DNA of 64,000 bases, taken from contig CAWHEP010000008.1 of NCBI GenBank assembly GCA_963828525.1, forward strand, positions 32,001 to 96,000, given 5' to 3'. This stretch comes from an uncultured Verrucomicrobiae bacterium. Its GTDB lineage: Bacteria > Verrucomicrobiota > Verrucomicrobiia > Chthoniobacterales > Chthoniobacteraceae. Under the pieces are notes generated by a model. That model was not told the origin of the DNA. It was given only the letters and a program-made list of their open reading frames with translations, and searched no databases. The translations under genes and the position numbers were made by a program. Shown piece by piece: positions 27,926 through 36,476 of this stretch (within the stretch, counting starts at the first letter, position 1; every line of letters begins with the position of its first letter).

Positions 27926-30827
27926 CTCCTTGCCCTGAGCGGTAGAGTGATGTGTCTATCGCTGCTGCCATCGCTGGCCTGTTAAGAGCGCCCCCTACGA
28001 AATCGGCAATCTGATCAGCAGCGAGGCTGGGATTCTCGAGCACCCATCTGTGACTAAGCCGCAACATTTGAACGCGCTCAGTCGCGGCGAGAAGTTGGCG
28101 GCTTCTGCGAAGAAGTCGTTCGTATGCTGGACGCAGAGTAGCGGGATCGGCAGCCGTTTGTCCTGAGCGCTCCAGCATTTTCCGCTGCGAAGCGAAGACC
28201 TCTTCAAGATTTCGCTCGATAAGCAGTATCTTATAGAGGTACGAGCTGGAGAGATGAGGTAGCAGAGGAAGCACCACCTTCACTGCCTTGCCGACAGCGG
28301 CGGAAAGGAAAGAAGAGTCCCTGGCAATGGACTTCACCGCTTCCATCTCAAAGTAGCCATTCGGATTATCGGGATCGGCAACGCGCGCGCTGTCGGTAAG
28401 AGGTTCGATGCCGCCTGCCGCGAGCATTTGCATCAGGAGGGACGTGCCTGAGCGAGGCAGGCCTGTTACAAGTGTTATCGTCTCTCCTTCGAACCCCGGC
28501 TTATTGGGGGTTAATAGCTGCGGCGCAAAATCCACGGAGTCGAAAGTTCCACTGCCACTCTGCGACTTGTGAGCGGGGATCTGAACGGAAGGCCGCTCTG
28601 CAAGAGTCGTCTCCCCGCGGGCCACAGCCAACGCCTGCTCGCGAAACGCGCGCGCGTTTTCCAGATGCCAGGCAGCGCTGTCCGGGTCCTGAACCTTTAA
28701 AAGCCGGGCGAGCCGCAGATGAGCTGGCCAAAACGCCGGGTTGAGGGCCACCGTGGCTTCGAAAGCAAGAGTAGCGCGATCCGAGTGCCCCAGACGCAGC
28801 ATTGCAATCCCAAGAAGAAAATGGGCGAAAGGGTAGAAGTGCAACAGATTAATGGCGTTGAGAGCCGCGCCCGCTGCTTCATCCCATCTTCTCAGCGCGA
28901 GAAGGCACCGGGCCTGACCTACAAATCCATGCGGATTGTGGGGATCCAACTGCAGCGCCCTTTCAAAGGCCGCGAGGCCTTCATCCCACTTTCCCAGGAG
29001 CTGCCATGCTTGCCCGATTTGCAGGTATAGTCCTGGATCTTTACGCATCCCTTTTTCGGCCTCCTTCAGATGCGCCAACGCTTCCACGGGCTTTTTCTCC
29101 GCGATAGCCAGTACCCCGCGCAGAAAATCCAATCCCCGCATATTGAGGCTCCCCACCTGAAAAAGCTTGTTCATCTTCTCCGCTTCCTCGGGAGTGATCG
29201 GAGACTCGGGACTTGCGGCCTCGCCATCCCGGAGCGCGGACTCTGCGCCGTCTCCTCTTTCCAATTCTTTTTTTGCTTTTGCTCGTTCGACGACCTGTCT
29301 GCGCAATTCTGCTAATTCGGCACGGGCGCTTTCCGCGGCAGCTTTCTTGCTGTCCAGCGCCTCCACCACGCGCCGGAGTTCGACCACTCTTCCCAGCGAC
29401 TTGCAGCACATGGCCAGTCGAAGGAAGAAGCGGTATCCGTCCGGCCACTCTACTGTGAGTTCCCTGAGAATCGGCAGAGCCTCGATCTCCTTGCCGCCGT
29501 CTATAAGGGCTTCAGCCAGATTGATCCGCAGCTCACGCTCAGCCTCGGCGACCGCCTGCTTTATGTTGTCTGGAGGACGCTGCACGTATCCCAGCGCAAT
29601 AAGCTGTTCGAGAGCAGCGCGTTCGCTCTCTGGATCCAGTTTCAAATCAGCGGGATGCCGTCCGTCATCTCCGATCATCGCATCCCAGCTCGCGATGAAG
29701 CGAACGGCTGGCGGCTGCTCCCAAGCCGCAAGGAGAGGTCGCCCGTCCATGTCCTCTCCCACCGGAAGATCCTCCAGAGCCAGCAAGGTGGGGGTGATAT
29801 CCAGGACACTGGCCCCGTGAAGGAGTTCATCTTTTCTGATGCCTGGCCCGCTGATCACCAGTATGCCGAAATCGCGGTGCTCATCCGCCGGGCCAGCGGG
29901 AATGGGGGCGATCGCGGCAGGCAGCAGGTCATCGGGATGAAAACCGTGGTCCGACAGCAGAATCACAGTGGTGTCCGCTCCTGCTTTTGCCAGCAGAGAG
30001 CCGAGCATCATGTCGTGAAACCGCGCGGCTTGAGACATCACACGGCTGTAAAGTTCGAAATCCCGGTCGGAGACATGGTCGCGCTTCGGGGGATGATAGC
30101 TCATGAAGCCATGGGCAAAGTGATCCATAGCATCGAAATATACCGCCATGTAGTCCCACTCGGAATTTTCGATGAGCCACGTTGCCCAGCTCTGGATCGT
30201 TACAGCCTCCGCGAGCGTCATCATGCACTTGGCCAGACGCGGGTCGTTCTTCTGATCAATCTCACTTGCTCTCGGGATGAAGGGTTCCAGCATGGTGTGG
30301 TGGAACTCGTTCGGGTTGAACCGCAACTCCGCAAGAGTGTCCACGAGGTTTGGCGGATGCATGCCGCCTGGAGGAACGGGCCAAGGCTGATCCTCGGGGC
30401 CGATCGCGCGATGGCAGAAGTTGGAAATCATCACGCCGTTAATCGGTTCGGCGGGGTGGCTGGGCCACCAGCCAATGACGTTCCCGCGCCAGCCTTGCTG
30501 ATGGAAGATATTCCAGAAAGCTTTGCTCTTGCGGCTAAGACCGCTCACCGGACGAACGTTCGTTCCATCAGGCACAGGCTCTGAAAAGCCAAGAACGCCG
30601 TGCTTATAGGGGCGTTTACCCGTAGCAATCGATGTCCACACCATTGGAGAATACACGGGCCGGATCGTGGAAATCTGGCCCATGCACCCGGATTCGACCA
30701 AAGCGGACAGATGGGGCATCTCTCCTGCTTCCATAAGCGGGTTGAGAAGCTTCCAATCCGCAGCATCCCAGCCGACAAGGAGAAGTTTTCGTGGGGGTCT
30801 CACACTATTGGAATGAACACGTAACAA
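27918..30827 (-). CDS. Alkaline-phosphatase-superfamily hydrolase - TPR - sulfotransferase fusion
   Basis: N-terminus GWDAADW, YSPMVWTSIATGK, DAMDHFAH, LSDHG. Central TPR helices. C-terminal PAPS-binding VTGLPRSGTSLLMQML and DNPNGYFE. Confidence 0.88.
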   Translation of the reverse strand: MLRVHSNSVRPPRKLLLVGWDAADWKLLNPLMEAGEMPHLSALVESGCMGQISTIRPVYSPMVWTSIATGKRPYKHGVLGFSEPVPDGTNVRPVSGLSRKSKAFWNIFHQQGWRGNVIGWWPSHPAEPINGVMISNFCHRAIGPEDQPWPVPPGGMHPPNLVDTLAELRFNPNEFHHTMLEPFIPRASEIDQKNDPRLAKCMMTLAEAVTIQSWATWLIENSEWDYMAVYFDAMDHFAHGFMSYHPPKRDHVSDRDFELYSRVMSQAARFHDMMLGSLLAKAGADTTVILLSDHGFHPDDLLPAAIAPIPAGPADEHRDFGILVISGPGIRKDELLHGASVLDITPTLLALEDLPVGEDMDGRPLLAAWEQPPAVRFIASWDAMIGDDGRHPADLKLDPESERAALEQLIALGYVQRPPDNIKQAVAEAERELRINLAEALIDGGKEIEALPILRELTVEWPDGYRFFLRLAMCCKSLGRVVELRRVVEALDSKKAAAESARAELAELRRQVVERAKAKKELERGDGAESALRDGEAASPESPITPEEAEKMNKLFQVGSLNMRGLDFLRGVLAIAEKKPVEALAHLKEAEKGMRKDPGLYLQIGQAWQLLGKWDEGLAAFERALQLDPHNPHGFVGQARCLLALRRWDEAAGAALNAINLLHFYPFAHFLLGIAMLRLGHSDRATLAFEATVALNPAFWPAHLRLARLLKVQDPDSAAWHLENARAFREQALAVARGETTLAERPSVQIPAHKSQSGSGTFDSVDFAPQLLTPNKPGFEGETITLVTGLPRSGTSLLMQMLAAGGIEPLTDSARVADPDNPNGYFEMEAVKSIARDSSFLSAAVGKAVKVVLPLLPHLSSSYLYKILLIERNLEEVFASQRKMLERSGQTAADPATLRPAYERLLRRSRQLLAATERVQMLRLSHRWVLENPSLAADQIADFVGGALNRPAMAAAIDTSLYRSGQGAK

Positions 30828-30964
30828 TCAGGACGCAGAGCAAATTCGACAAGAAGAACCTGTATTGAATAAAAAAAACATGAATTTCAGAAATAACTCT
30901 TGTGCCTTTTGAATAAATCCACTAAAGCTTGATTGTTACCCAACCTACACCACCCCGACTCTCT

Positions 30965-31798
30965 ATGGAAAATTCCAATTTTGACCTGCGCTGGAGCGAA
31001 TACGCTGTCAGCACCCGTTCCCTCACCAGCACTGTAGCCCGTCCCGCAGCTGTGGGGGGAATGCTCGCCGCTGCCGGTGCCGCCGTTTTCACAATTCCAA
31101 GTCATGCGAATGCCGGGGTTGTCTACACGCCGGTAAACCAAACGAAGACGTGGTCGCACGGCACGTCGACCGTGGGAGCCGCAAACAACTTCCAATTCGC
31201 GGGTTTTTCCGCCACTGGCGCTCACCCTACCATCGGGGGCGTTAAGGCTGAGATCGGCTCCAATCAGGCGATTTTGCTGAACGCGAGCGGTGGCGTTATG
31301 AAGTTAAAAGCGGGCTCGGCCATCGGGAGCGCACAGTTCGCGGTTCCCGGGCGCGCCGGAACGGCTAATAAGCCGGGGTTCCTCGGTGCCAACGGTCAGT
31401 TTGCGCTCAAGGCGCTGAATGGCGGAGTGACGACTGCCGGAACATGGTCCGGCAATATCAACAATCAGTATTACGCGGGTGTAAGGAATTACGATCCCGT
31501 AAGCCATAACACCTTCTACGGCTACATCACACTGAAGTTTGGCAACGATGGGAATACAGCGCCCGGAGACGGGCTTGGAATAGCTTCCACGAACCCGGAC
31601 TCATTCACCTTGGTCTCGGACGCGTTTAACAATGCGCCGATCAATGGCGGTCAAACGACCGACATCGGAGCGGGTGCCCTGAACCCGGTGCCTGAGGCAA
31701 GCAACGTCGTAACGGCTTTGATGCTCCTCGCGTGCGCGGGTGGTTCACTGACTTCATGGCGCCGGAGCCGGAAAGTCTCGACCGCGGTCGCGGCCTGA
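30965..31798 (+). CDS. PEP-CTERM (exosortase target) surface protein
   Basis: Long signal region ending ANA|GVVY, Gly/Asn/Thr-rich body, C-terminal VPEAS plus hydrophobic helix plus WRRSRK. Confidence 0.88.
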   Translation: MENSNFDLRWSEYAVSTRSLTSTVARPAAVGGMLAAAGAAVFTIPSHANAGVVYTPVNQTKTWSHGTSTVGAANNFQFAGFSATGAHPTIGGVKAEIGSNQAILLNASGGVMKLKAGSAIGSAQFAVPGRAGTANKPGFLGANGQFALKALNGGVTTAGTWSGNINNQYYAGVRNYDPVSHNTFYGYITLKFGNDGNTAPGDGLGIASTNPDSFTLVSDAFNNAPINGGQTTDIGAGALNPVPEASNVVTALMLLACAGGSLTSWRRSRKVSTAVAA

Positions 31799-31874
31799 TC
31801 TCTTTTGCAGACTCCCGCAAGGCGGGGAACAGAGTTCAAAGAACGGCTTGAAACAGATACCGTTTGTGTAAAGT

Positions 31875-31903
31875 AAGCCCCGCCTCTGCGGGGCTTCTTT
31901 TTT
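31875..31903 (+). terminator. Rho-independent terminator
   Basis: AAGCCCCGC-ctct-GCGGGGCTT hairpin followed by CTTTTTT, downstream of the PEP-CTERM gene. Confidence 0.85.
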
Positions 31904-31909
31904 GACATT

Positions 31910-33682
31910 ATGATCGGACGACTCTGGATGGCGGTTGTGGCTCGCGTCATTCTCGCCATCCAATCCATCAATAATATCCACCGCGAGCTGCCCCTTTGGC
32001 GCATTGTACTGAACTGGAAACTCGTTCTGTCGGGCGTGGTGGTTCTCGCGGCGGGTTCCTATGGGGGAATGCGCTTCTACAAGCGCGTGACTCACGACCA
32101 CCTTCTGAAACATGCCGAGGTGGCCTTGGCGGATAACAATCCACAGGGCGCGGCGATGTTTGCTCTGAGACTTCTGCGGGATGATCCGAAAGACGTCGCC
32201 GCAGCAAGGCTTATGGTCAAAATCACGGAACCATGGCCTTCGGAGTCTCTCGTCTGGCACGCCAAACTCCACGAAGTGCGACCTGAGGACGCTGACAACT
32301 GCCTGGCATGGGCAAAAGCCGGCCTAGAGGCAGGCCGTTTGGACGTGGCAGCGGAAGCTTTGCGTGACGTCCCGTCTTCTTCCAGAGCAAGCGGGGAGTT
32401 CGAATTTGAGTCCAGCCAGCTGGATCTTGCAAAGGGTGACTTCCAAGCTGCGGAGAGTCATCTGTCCGCTGCCGCGAAGGCGAGTCCAACCGATGAGCAC
32501 ATCGCGCTGGCTTTGGCCAAGGCGCGCCTTCGAATACCCGGAGAAAAGCGGGCGGAGGGTCGCGAGGCCCTTGATCAACTGTCTCACAAATCATCGACCA
32601 GCGTCGAGGCCTTGCGCAGCCTCGCCAACGACGCGGAGAGGCATCAGCAGGAATCTCAGACCGTCGCCTACCTCTTAAAGCTCGCGCAACAGCCTGGAGC
32701 AACTCACGAGGATCAGATGAGGCTTCTGGATCTGCTTGTCCGTATGGGAGATCCCAGCGCGCTGGAACGGGTAAAGGCATACCAGTCTCAAATCCAGGAC
32801 AATCCTTCGCGGGTTTCCAGCATGGCGTTCTGGATGAACGCTAACGGGATGGCTGCGGAAACAGTTCGTTGGGTGCAAAGCCTCCCCGCAGAATCGCAGC
32901 GTCAACCCAGTGTCCAAGCCGCGCTTACCCAGTCTTACGCGCAGACGGGAGATTGGGTGAGGTTGAAGGCCCTCGTGGACAAGGAAGACTGGGGAAATAT
33001 GGATTACCTTCGTATCGCGTTCCGCGCGCGATCCATCCGGGAGCAAGGAGACGCTCAGCAGTCCAAGGATCAGTGGAACCTCTCCGTTCTCAAGGCCTCC
33101 GATCATCCCGAGGCGCTTGCCCTCCTTTGCCAAACCGCGCTGAACTGGGGTTCGGCGTGGGCCGCTGAGGCGGAAGAACTGGGTTGGCGCGTAGCTGCTG
33201 ATCCACATGCTTCAAAAGCAGTTCTAAACGCGATGCAGTCGCGCTTCGTCGAAGCGGGTGACACGCGCAAATTCTACAGACTGCTTTTGCTTCGGCGGAA
33301 GCTTGAACCGGACGACGCAGGCGTTCAGAACAACTTTGCGCTTCTATCCATGCTACTAAAGCAAAACGAGCCGGCCGCTTTCCAGGCGGCGGAAAGCCTG
33401 GCGAAAGAAAACCCCACCGATGCCAATCTTGTTTCGACTTACGCTTACGCGCTACTGCTTCAGGGAAGGAAGGAGGAAGCGCTGACGATGATGAATCGTT
33501 TCTCACAAGTGGAGCTTCGTCTCCCAGCCGTAGCTCCCTATTATGGAATTCTGCTGGCTTCGGCAAATGACCCACGCGCCACGACTTATCTTGAAAGAGC
33601 AAAGCGGTCTCCCCTGCTCCTGCCAGAAGAGCGAGAACTTGTGAATGAAGCCGAGAAAAGGGCGTCGAAGGGGGAGAGGTGA
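31910..33682 (+). CDS. Membrane-anchored TPR protein
   Basis: N-terminal TM, then Ala/Leu-rich helical repeats. Paralog of 36477..38204. Start uncertain. Confidence 0.8.
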   Translation: MIGRLWMAVVARVILAIQSINNIHRELPLWRIVLNWKLVLSGVVVLAAGSYGGMRFYKRVTHDHLLKHAEVALADNNPQGAAMFALRLLRDDPKDVAAARLMVKITEPWPSESLVWHAKLHEVRPEDADNCLAWAKAGLEAGRLDVAAEALRDVPSSSRASGEFEFESSQLDLAKGDFQAAESHLSAAAKASPTDEHIALALAKARLRIPGEKRAEGREALDQLSHKSSTSVEALRSLANDAERHQQESQTVAYLLKLAQQPGATHEDQMRLLDLLVRMGDPSALERVKAYQSQIQDNPSRVSSMAFWMNANGMAAETVRWVQSLPAESQRQPSVQAALTQSYAQTGDWVRLKALVDKEDWGNMDYLRIAFRARSIREQGDAQQSKDQWNLSVLKASDHPEALALLCQTALNWGSAWAAEAEELGWRVAADPHASKAVLNAMQSRFVEAGDTRKFYRLLLLRRKLEPDDAGVQNNFALLSMLLKQNEPAAFQAAESLAKENPTDANLVSTYAYALLLQGRKEEALTMMNRFSQVELRLPAVAPYYGILLASANDPRATTYLERAKRSPLLLPEERELVNEAEKRASKGER

Positions 33683-33744
33683 AGGTCCTGCTCTCGTAGG
33701 AATGGCGTAGATCGTGCTCTTCTAGAGCCTTGGTTGTACGCCCG

Positions 33745-35554
33745 ATGAAACTTCACCCCGCGAAAACGAAAGCCGCCATGTTCGGCTTTCTGGCTTTGTT
33801 GACACAGTGGATTCCCGCTTACGCTGGCAACCATACGGCACAGGGTCCCTTGCAGGTTGGCGCATGGCGCGAAAGTCTCGTAAACTTAGACGGTACCATC
33901 AACCCCGACCAATATCGGGCGATTGCCAATTCCTATAATCAACTCGCTGCCATCGATTATCGATACGGCCCGAAATTTTCAGATTTCCACCAAGGGGCTA
34001 CGAACAGCGCGGGAACCTTGAGGCAGCTTGGCGCGAGCGGCTGGTATCCAAGCCCGTGGAACTATGCTGGCGCCACCGACTGGTTTGCGATGTCGGGTCA
34101 GCTCCTCTATTCTCCGGACGCGGCATCTGATCCGGGATTGGCCCGCGCTCGCAACGGATCTTACTATAGTACCGGTATCCGGGCCATTTTACGATCTTCG
34201 CGTTCAATTTACGCCGGATTCGGGCAACTACTACAACTGCAATCCCGACCCGGGTTTAAATCCCTCGCGCTGGAGTCCCTCTCCTCCGACTCCGGCTGTC
34301 GCAAGCGCCAGAGCTCACTTCATCAGCGGGATGCCCGGCGCGGTGATCTTCCAGAATGGCTTGGTAGCGATGCTGGGAACAGGGAATGATTCGGATACAG
34401 TCGCCGGGCGCTACGCCTGCGCGCAACTGCCCGCAAACAAGGTTCCCACGGCAGTGTGCATGACGCTCAGCAACGAATTCGTGCTGGTGACCGTATGGGA
34501 TACAGCCCGGCTTCGAGGTGAGGTGGCGGTCATAGCCGTAAACGGCTGGATGGTTGCGGGAGCGGGCCGCTTCCAGTATGGGGTGCCGAACTGGCAGGGA
34601 ATCCGGAGTCTCAAGCTCCTTGGCTTCGTGGAGTTGCCCTTCAAGGCTCCCACATCGATCTCAGTGACTTCAGACCTCTCGCAGGATAGCGGACGAGCGA
34701 GCGGAGAGTTGTCGGGAATGAACTGGAATTCACAGAGTGAACGAGATGGATGGTATAACTGGACAACCGGATATCGCAGAACCGCGCGTGTCGGTTATGC
34801 CGTTATCGCTTCCCGGTCCGAAAACAAGGTCGCCTTTGTGAATTTGCAGCCGCTTTTCCAATACTACAGGGAGATGTATTTCACATCCCAGGCAAACTTT
34901 AATCTCACTCAGAACCAGGGTTCATCCGATGGGACGTGGCCGTTCACCTTCACTTACGCTCCCGCCCAGATACCGACGGTGAAATATGTTGGAACTGTCA
35001 CCCAACCCACCGCAGTAGCAGCCGGTTTCCATCGCGGGAATAGCATCTGGTGGCGTCAAATTCCCGGAGCCGGGAATGAAGGAAATTTTGCCAATAGAGC
35101 TTACGCCACCACGATGGCGGGTCAGCTCCAAGTATATGATGTCACCAGCTTAAATACTTTCGGGGCATCAGGCGCCCCGTTCCTGATTTCCACTCAAGTT
35201 CTTGGGAAAAACCCGACGGATATCGCCTACGGCGCTCAGGCTGGTGACGCGAATCCTAATGACCTTTATGTTACGTGCCGCGGTGAATGTAAAATCTACC
35301 GCGTCACGGAGGCGGGAAGCATCGACGCCATCCTAGGGGATAGCAGGATGATTGATCCCGTCTCTGCTGAAATCTCGAACGACAACCGGTTCCCGAATGG
35401 AGTCAGTCTCCTTTCTGTGATGGATTTTGGAGGAAAACAGGCAATCAACTATGCGGCGCTGGAAGGCACATCTGAAACAGCGGGTTTTCTTTTCGGGAGC
35501 GCAACAGCCGTCCCGGGGCATCCGTTTCTCTTCGACGTTGCCGAGGTTCCATAG
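33745..35554 (+). CDS. Large secreted hypothetical protein, possibly a beta-propeller (apparent frameshift near 34170)
   Basis: Signal peptide ending AYA|G. Two overlapping ORFs join to about 600 aa. Recurrent PTAV/PTSI/PTDI/PVSA strand-start motifs. Confidence 0.7.
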
Positions 35555-35610
35555 GCTCGGTCGCTACGGGCCAGGTTGCATCACATGTGACTTGATGATA
35601 TAGACCTGCT

Positions 35611-36168
35611 GTGACAGCTAGGAGCAGTCCGGCTACGCTGCCGGATCCAAATCCGCAATGGTATTGCATTCGCGGCGTTCCCAAACAAGAACACATCGCG
35701 GCAGCTCATCTGAGGCAGCTGCCAGAGGTGGAGGTTTTCTGCCCACGAGTGAGGTTTCGTCGCGTTACGCGACGTGGAACCATTTGGTTCACCGAAGCGC
35801 TGTTTCCAGGATACCTTTTCGCTCGCTTTGACAGGTGGCGCCTGCAGAGGGCGGTCGCCCACGCGCGCTCAGTGATTTCGATAGTCAGATTTGGGGATGA
35901 GGTGCCGAGCATCCCAGGAGCAGCGCTAGCTCAACTGCAGGAGCAGATGAGCGGCGAGGAGTGCAAAATTATTATCCCGGAAGTGCAGGAAGGTGACAAC
36001 GTCATAGTTGCCCACGGGTTGTTCAGAGGTCTCGCGAGCGTCGTGACGAGCGTGATGCCCGCCAAAGACCGGGTGCGTGTGCTTCTCGACTTCCTAGGTG
36101 AATGCCGGGAAGTTGAAGTACATCGTGACCAGGTGCTTCCTGATAGAAGCCATTTCCTGACGGCGTAG
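35611..36168 (+). CDS. NusG paralog, RfaH/UpxY-type antiterminator
   Basis: WYCI..PKQE..A..HL, EALFPGYLFARF, KOW segment GDNVIVAHGLFRGL, RVRVLLDFLG. Confidence 0.9.
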   Translation: MTARSSPATLPDPNPQWYCIRGVPKQEHIAAAHLRQLPEVEVFCPRVRFRRVTRRGTIWFTEALFPGYLFARFDRWRLQRAVAHARSVISIVRFGDEVPSIPGAALAQLQEQMSGEECKIIIPEVQEGDNVIVAHGLFRGLASVVTSVMPAKDRVRVLLDFLGECREVEVHRDQVLPDRSHFLTA

Positions 36169-36476
36169 CCAGCGGTAAACCCGCCGCCCCCATCCTGCAC
36201 ATGCGTCCTCTAAGAAGCCTGTCGCGCCTGGCGCGATCCTTGAATAGGCTTCACCAGCGTCTTCCCCAGTTCAGAAGTTCCCGACGACGCAGGAGTCTGC
36301 TCAGCGCGCTGAACAGCGTGCGTTTTACCATGCCGGGCGCCCGTAAGGAAATCCCCCGCCACGCGGGGCCTATCCAGGTGATCAACAATCTACATCATTT
36401 TGCGCCGAGCATTTGGAGAACAAGCAGATGGAACCCCGTAAAAAGGCTGAACACGGTGCATCTTTGGATTCCACAG

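Noticed and set aside
30560..30680. Formylglycine-dependent sulfatase
   Set aside because: No (C/S)xPxR signature. The motif is YSPMVW, of the NPP/AlkP type.
35581..35590. Palindrome TCACATGTGA upstream of the NusG paralog
   Set aside because: A single 10 bp palindrome is expected by chance, and no second copy was noticed.
36160..36190. ops/JUMPstart-like element (GGCGTAGCCAGCGGTAA)
   Set aside because: Only a partial match to GGCGGTAG and it overlaps the stop codon. Not supportable.
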